NCBI GenBank assembly: GCA_965112735.1
Contig: OZ218950.1
Coordinates: forward strand, 3,534,001 to 3,598,000
Direction: 5' to 3'
Source of the DNA: Phaeosaccion multiseriatum
Taxonomy: Eukaryota; Protista; Ochrophyta, other classes
DNA length: 64,000 nucleotides
The notes under the pieces were generated by a model that worked only from the letters and a program-made list of their open reading frames with translations, was not told where the DNA came from and did not search any database. Each line of letters begins with the position of its first letter. Position 1 is the first letter of the stretch. Below, piece by piece: positions 59,428 through 64,000 of this stretch. Both the position numbers and the translations under genes were made by a program.

Positions 59428-62400
59428 TTAGGGCCGTGGCTCTGCCCCCCAGCACGCGCTGTCTTTCCACTCGGCCTCTCCTCTCTGCACAGTGCGCACC
59501 CACTCCTCGCGCTGCCTCTCGCTCACGGCGGCCACAACTCGGGCACTGACTCCCTTGGACGTCGCCACAATGCCCACCACGCTCTTGGGCAGTTTGTCTC
59601 CCTAAGCAACGAAGCGGCAGGTGGCTAGGGTAGTAAGGAGGGCGATGTGGTACTTTTAAAAGTGAGCTCAAGTGATGTGAAAGTACCTGCGAATAGTCGA
59701 GCTTGCCTCCGCGGCTGTCCGAGACGCAACCCCCGGCCTCAGTCACCACCACTTCCCCAGCAGCGTGATCCCAGATGTTCTCGCGGTACCCGAAACGGGG
59801 AAGGCGCAGATAAATGTCGCCTTTGTACGTGGTGTGTTGGGGGGGAAACAAGCAAACAGAGCAACCAAATATAGTGTCAGTGTCGGTGAGAGGTCAAGTT
59901 TGAGTGTGTGTGTGTGTGTGTGAGTGTGAGAGAGAGAGAGAGAGAGTGTGTGTGTGTGTTTATGTGTGTGTGTGGCAGGCAAGGGCAGTGTGTAGCGTGA
60001 GTGCGAGTGGAGTGTACCTCCTTTCCCACGCCCGCAATGGTCGACGACGGAGGGGTTCTATCCACACTAGTCTCCAGACCAGGCCGAACACGTGCTTCTC
60101 GCAAGCGCACGTGGGGAGCTCAGGAGCATTCATCACCAAACGGGCCTCCCCTGGCGGGGTTGGTCAGGGGCTAAGGAACTGAAACTGAAATTGAAACTGA
60201 GAGGGGCGATCCCCACATCGAACACATCGATATCGACAGGTTCTTGAGCGCACACGAAGGCCTCCAACATAAACAGAGGAGGCGAGAGCACATCACGCAC
60301 GTGAAGCCGTTCCCTTGCCTGCAAACTCCTGTACGACGGAAACCTCCACTCAAACAAGGGGGGCCCAGGAAACGGAAACGAGCTACCACCCCACCCAAAC
60401 CTCATCGCCTCTGTCCTCACCTTCGCCGCATGCGAGCAGTCCGTACTTGACTTGGGAGTCCATCCGTAACGTCGGCTTGCTGATGCCCAAGTCCTTGCAC
60501 ACGCTTCCTGCCACCCCGTGCGAGGTGTGGCCAGAATCTCTTGACTCCACCACAATGGCGTCTTCGGTTTCCGACGTGTCCCGCACGTTACAGCGCGTCG
60601 CCTCTTCCATGCCTCTGGACATGCTTCGGACGAAGGTACCTCGCCCCTTGGCTGCAAAGAATACCACACCTGCAGGGGAGGGGAGAAAGGGAGAGAGGGA
60701 GAGAGACAGAGCCGGAGAGACAGGGAGAGAGAGAAGGGAGAGAGAGATGTAGAGAGAGAGAAAGACAGAGAGCGAAAGAGAGAGAGGGAGAGAGAAAAGG
60801 GAGACAGAGAGAGATGGAGAGAGAGAAGAGAGAGACAGAGAGAGAAGAGAGAGAGGGAGAGAGACGAGAGAGAAAAAGAGAGATGGAGAGAGGGAGAAGA
60901 GAGAGAGTGACAGAGAGGAAGAGAGACACGGATAGAGACGGAGAGGGAGATGGAGAGAGACGGAGAGAGAGGAGAGAGAGATGGAGAGAGAGGCGCACAT
61001 CGGGGGGTCATGGTTAGTACGAGAAGAGAAGCATACCGCGGTCCGTTCTTGTGCGAGTAGAACAGCGCAGGGGGGCGAACCGCAAAGAGGAGGGAGGGAG
61101 GGAGGGAGGGGGAGAGACAGGGTACACCGCATTGGCCTGGTGGTCTTGCTGCGCAGTCAAGGTGTCTCTTTACTCTCACCTGCGCCGACGTCCTTGACAG
61201 GCAAGTTGGGGCAGCCCAAGACCCCCAATATGGGCTGGCGATGAGTCTCATCCAAAAGGGCGAAAGCACAGCAGAACTGCTCCCCGAGGATGAAGCCCTT
61301 GGTGCCGTCGATTGGGTCCAGCGCGACGCTAAGGCAATGTGTGCAAAGAGTGCTCTAGTCAGTGCAAGGAGTGTTTTTGAGTATAGAAAGGAGCGAACGA
61401 AGAGGGTGGAGAGAGCGAGAGAAAGAAAAGGGGGGGAGAGGAAGGGGCGAGAAACCACCACAAGCAACGCGCCCCCCGGCATAACAATAGTGCACTCCCC
61501 TCCCCCCGCCCCCCCCCCACGCTCCCCAGAGCTCCACACTCCGCTCCACTTACGTGCGTCCGCCCTCGACGTGCCCCACAGCGCCCAAGTCTATGCACTC
61601 GCAGACCTCGGCCTCTGTCATATCACTCCCCAGCACCTTGCGTACCACGGACACCACCTTGGCCAAGGAGGCCGGGTCGCCCCTCAGCACGGAGGATCGC
61701 TCCTCCGCGATGAAGCCGTCGGCTGGGAAATGCCGCCTCCACAAGCCGAGCACGATTGCTTGCACGCTGGGGGTTGGGGAGGAGGCGGGAGGAGGAGGAG
61801 GGGGGGGGCGGAGGGTCAATCGTGAGGGAGTATCGGTGCGTCAGCCGTTCGCCCCCCCGCTCGTCATCTCTCTCGCTTTCTCTCCCGGAGGCGCGGAGGG
61901 TCAATCGCGAGAGAGTATCGGAACGTCTGTTGTTCCCCCGCCCGCCCGTCATCTCTCTCGATTTCTCTCCCTCGACAAGACTTTTCAGTTGGCTTAAGCT
62001 GGCGCTGATGTAGACACAAGCAACTGCCCCCCACACCTACCTAAAGTCGGCGACGGTAACTGGCGATGTGTCTTTCTTGCTAATCCCTCCGTTCCCGACG
62101 AGCTCATCCTGGAGAGTCTTCGCCACAACACTCGCCAAATGCACCACATACGAGGCGACGACCACTTCCTTCGTCAGGCTCCCCATGTCCTGCGGATGCT
62201 TCCATAATTCGCTGGGCGGCACGGCACCCTTTCCCCCTCCCGACCAGCCCGGCAAGGCTGCGAGACGCCTCCGGAGCTCGGAGTCCACATCGGCCACTGC
62301 GCCATCAAGCTCGTCCAGTCTCAGTCCCAGACGACATAGCTGGATGCGACCTCCCGTCTCTGTGATGTCTATTTGCGCCTTTGCGGCCGCTTCTGAGTGT

Positions 62401-62546
62401 GATGCTGAAAAAGATGCTCCTGCTGCTGCCGCTGCTCCTTGAGTTGATGTTCCTGCTGCTGCCATGACTGTGAGGGGGATGAAGGCACGCGCTTGCTGCG
62501 ACAACAGAAGCAGTAAGAAGCAGAGCGCGAAGAAGAGGGAGGGCAT
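59428..62546 (-). CDS. SAL1: 3'(2'),5'-bisphosphate nucleotidase SAL1/HAL2-like, plastid-targeted (6 exons)
   Basis: KKDTSPVTVADF|SVQA, FIAEE, LDPIDGTKGF, GVLGCPNLP, MDSQVKY, IYLRLP..YRENIWDHAAG..VVTEAGG; signal peptide ending ARA-FIP. Confidence 0.9.
60005..60200 (+). other. Structured intronic insert ending in a (GAAACT)n tail, possible SINE/LINE 3' end
   Basis: Hairpins CACGTGC...GCACGTG and CCCCTGGC...GTCAGGGG followed by GAACTGAAACTGAAATTGAAACTGA, inside a SAL1 intron. Confidence 0.3.
60675..60992. repeat. Imperfect (GA)n polypurine tract in a SAL1 intron
   Basis: About 320 bp of near-pure purine sequence on the + strand. Confidence 0.95.
61808..61971. repeat. Diverged ~85-bp tandem duplication in SAL1 intron 1
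   Basis: GCGGAGGGTCAATCG...CGTCATCTCTCTCG.TTTCTCTCCC at 61808-61886 and 61893-61971. Confidence 0.85.
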
Positions 62547-62652
62547 AGATAAAATGAAGAGAGAAGGAAGGAATTTCCCATGTTGGTTGTCCAAAGCCAT
62601 CTGTACATTGCCCCCTCCGGACTCCGCCCTCCGCCCTCTCTGAACACAAATC

Positions 62653-63839
62653 ATGCCCTCTTCAGCGCTGTTGCGGGGCGCGGCTCTGGCAGGAGAGCTC
62701 GTCTGTCGCTGCAGCAAGACACGCATCAGCCCTCGGGCCGCCTTGACGCCCTCGACCTTCCCAAGAAGCGCTAGCAGCAAGCGCAGATTGTTCACGGATG
62801 GAGGAGGCGGAAGCGAGAGAGGAGAGCCTGCAGTTCGGAGTACGAGCAGCAAAGACGGTGCTAAGAGACCGGCCACTACGCAGCGACGACCGGTGAACGT
62901 GATGGATGTGATGAAGCTCGCGAGGGAGGGTAAGAGGAAGCTCACCATGGTGACTGCCTACGACTATCCTTCTGCTTTACACGTGTGTCGAGCGAATATT
63001 GACATCCTCTTGGTTGGAGACTCGGTGGGAATGGTGAGTGAAGAGCGCTGCTCTCCCCTACTGCCCCTCGTCTGTGCTACTTCACTTTCCCCATCGTTGC
63101 TCTTTTTCTTCGATGTATACGTTGGCCCACTTTGCTGCCTTCATCCCAACCCTCTGCTGCCTTTCCTGCTGCTGTGGCTTGCTGCCGCTGCTGCAGGTAG
63201 AACTGGGCTATGAGACGACACTGCCGGTCACAGTTGACGATATGATCCACCACTGTCGGGCGGTGACGAGAGGAGCCAAACACCCCCTCATAGTCGGGGA
63301 CATGCCCTTCGGCAGCTACGAGGTCAACCCGGAGCAGGCCTTGCGCACGGCCTTTCGCTTCGTTAAGGAGGGAGGGGTTGACGCTGTGAAGCTCGAAGGG
63401 GGCGCCAATCGAGTGGAGCACGTTAAGAAGGTCGTGGATGGAGGGGTGGCGGTCATGGGCCACGTGGGTCTCACTCCACAGGCCATTAGCGTGCTTGGAG
63501 GCTTCCGAGCGCAGGGAAGGACCGCCGTCAAGGCCCGGCAACTAGTGGACGATGCCCTGGCCATTCAAGACGCAGGTGGGGTGGCAGAGGGGTGCTGGCA
63601 CGGGCACGCCAGATGCAGAGCACCAGGAGGAGAGGAGAATCAGTAGGAGCGGTTGAAGCGGAGGGCTTTCAGCTGGGCGGAGGCTCAGAGCGGGTTATCA
63701 TCTATCACACACACACACACACACACGCGTCGCCCTTCCTCCTTCCTCCCCTGACACACCCATCATTCGCTTGTGGATCGGGTAAACAGGCTGGGAAACT
63801 GCTCAGAAGGTGCCTGACTCCATTCGATTCGATGCTGCC

Positions 63840-63870
<31 letters not shown>

Positions 63871-64000
63871 ACCCCTCCCTTGTTGCAGGAGCTTTCGCGG
63901 TGGTGATTGAGTGCGTGCCCCAGCAGGTGGGAGCGGCCATCACTGCAGCGCTGGAGATACCCACCATAGGCATCGGGGCGGGCGGCGGCACGGACGGCCA
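62653..64000 (+). CDS. panB: 3-methyl-2-oxobutanoate hydroxymethyltransferase (PanB), runs off the window end (exons 62653-63033, 63197-63575, 63889->64000)
   Basis: [23 protein letters not shown]|[48 protein letters not shown]; Arg-rich mitochondrial-type presequence. Confidence 0.96.

Noticed and set aside
1-64000. Autonomous transposase, Fanzor/TnpB, endogenous virus genes, tRNA or rRNA genes
   Set aside because: No recognisable DDE, RuvC, HUH, capsid or polymerase motifs and no tRNA/rRNA signatures by eye; a profile search could still reveal highly decayed remnants (e.g. 9300-9750, 20470-21000, 28400-29300).

Overview
Gene-dense, GC-rich nuclear DNA of a eukaryote, with GT-AG introns of about 85-600 bp and many CA/GA/CAG microsatellites. 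Several proteins start with a signal peptide followed by an A-F/A-S-Y motif (DapB, TlyA, SAL1). This points to an alga with a red-derived complex plastid, probably an ochrophyte (inference). About 19 intact genes are recognisable: PCH2/TRIP13, DapB, RluB-like, CCDC148-like, ankyrin-like, Cys-rich membrane protein, ankyrin+U-box, SLC35C2-like, NEF1-like, GpmA, PDCD2, SRPRB, galectin-RRM, AP2, PDE, TlyA, RVxF-FABP, double bZIP and SAL1, plus PanB, which is cut by the window end. Most sit in head-to-head pairs 100-210 bp apart. Between them lie intron-containing pseudogenes (ferric reductase, calcineurin-B-like), an NSF fragment, other decayed ORFs and a Ty3/gypsy chromovirus relic. The most striking unexplained structure is five non-autonomous elements with three unrelated, motif-tiled interiors. 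All have 5'-TCG(G/A)CCC...GG(G/A)(C/T)CGA-3'-type termini, and four of the five are flanked by perfect 6-bp target-site duplications (the fifth is ambiguous). One copy is nested inverted inside a sibling, forming a ~950-bp palindrome, and each cluster lies 50-110 bp upstream of a start codon. No transposase is in the window. Exon boundaries were read by eye and family calls rest on recalled motifs; no database searches were run.
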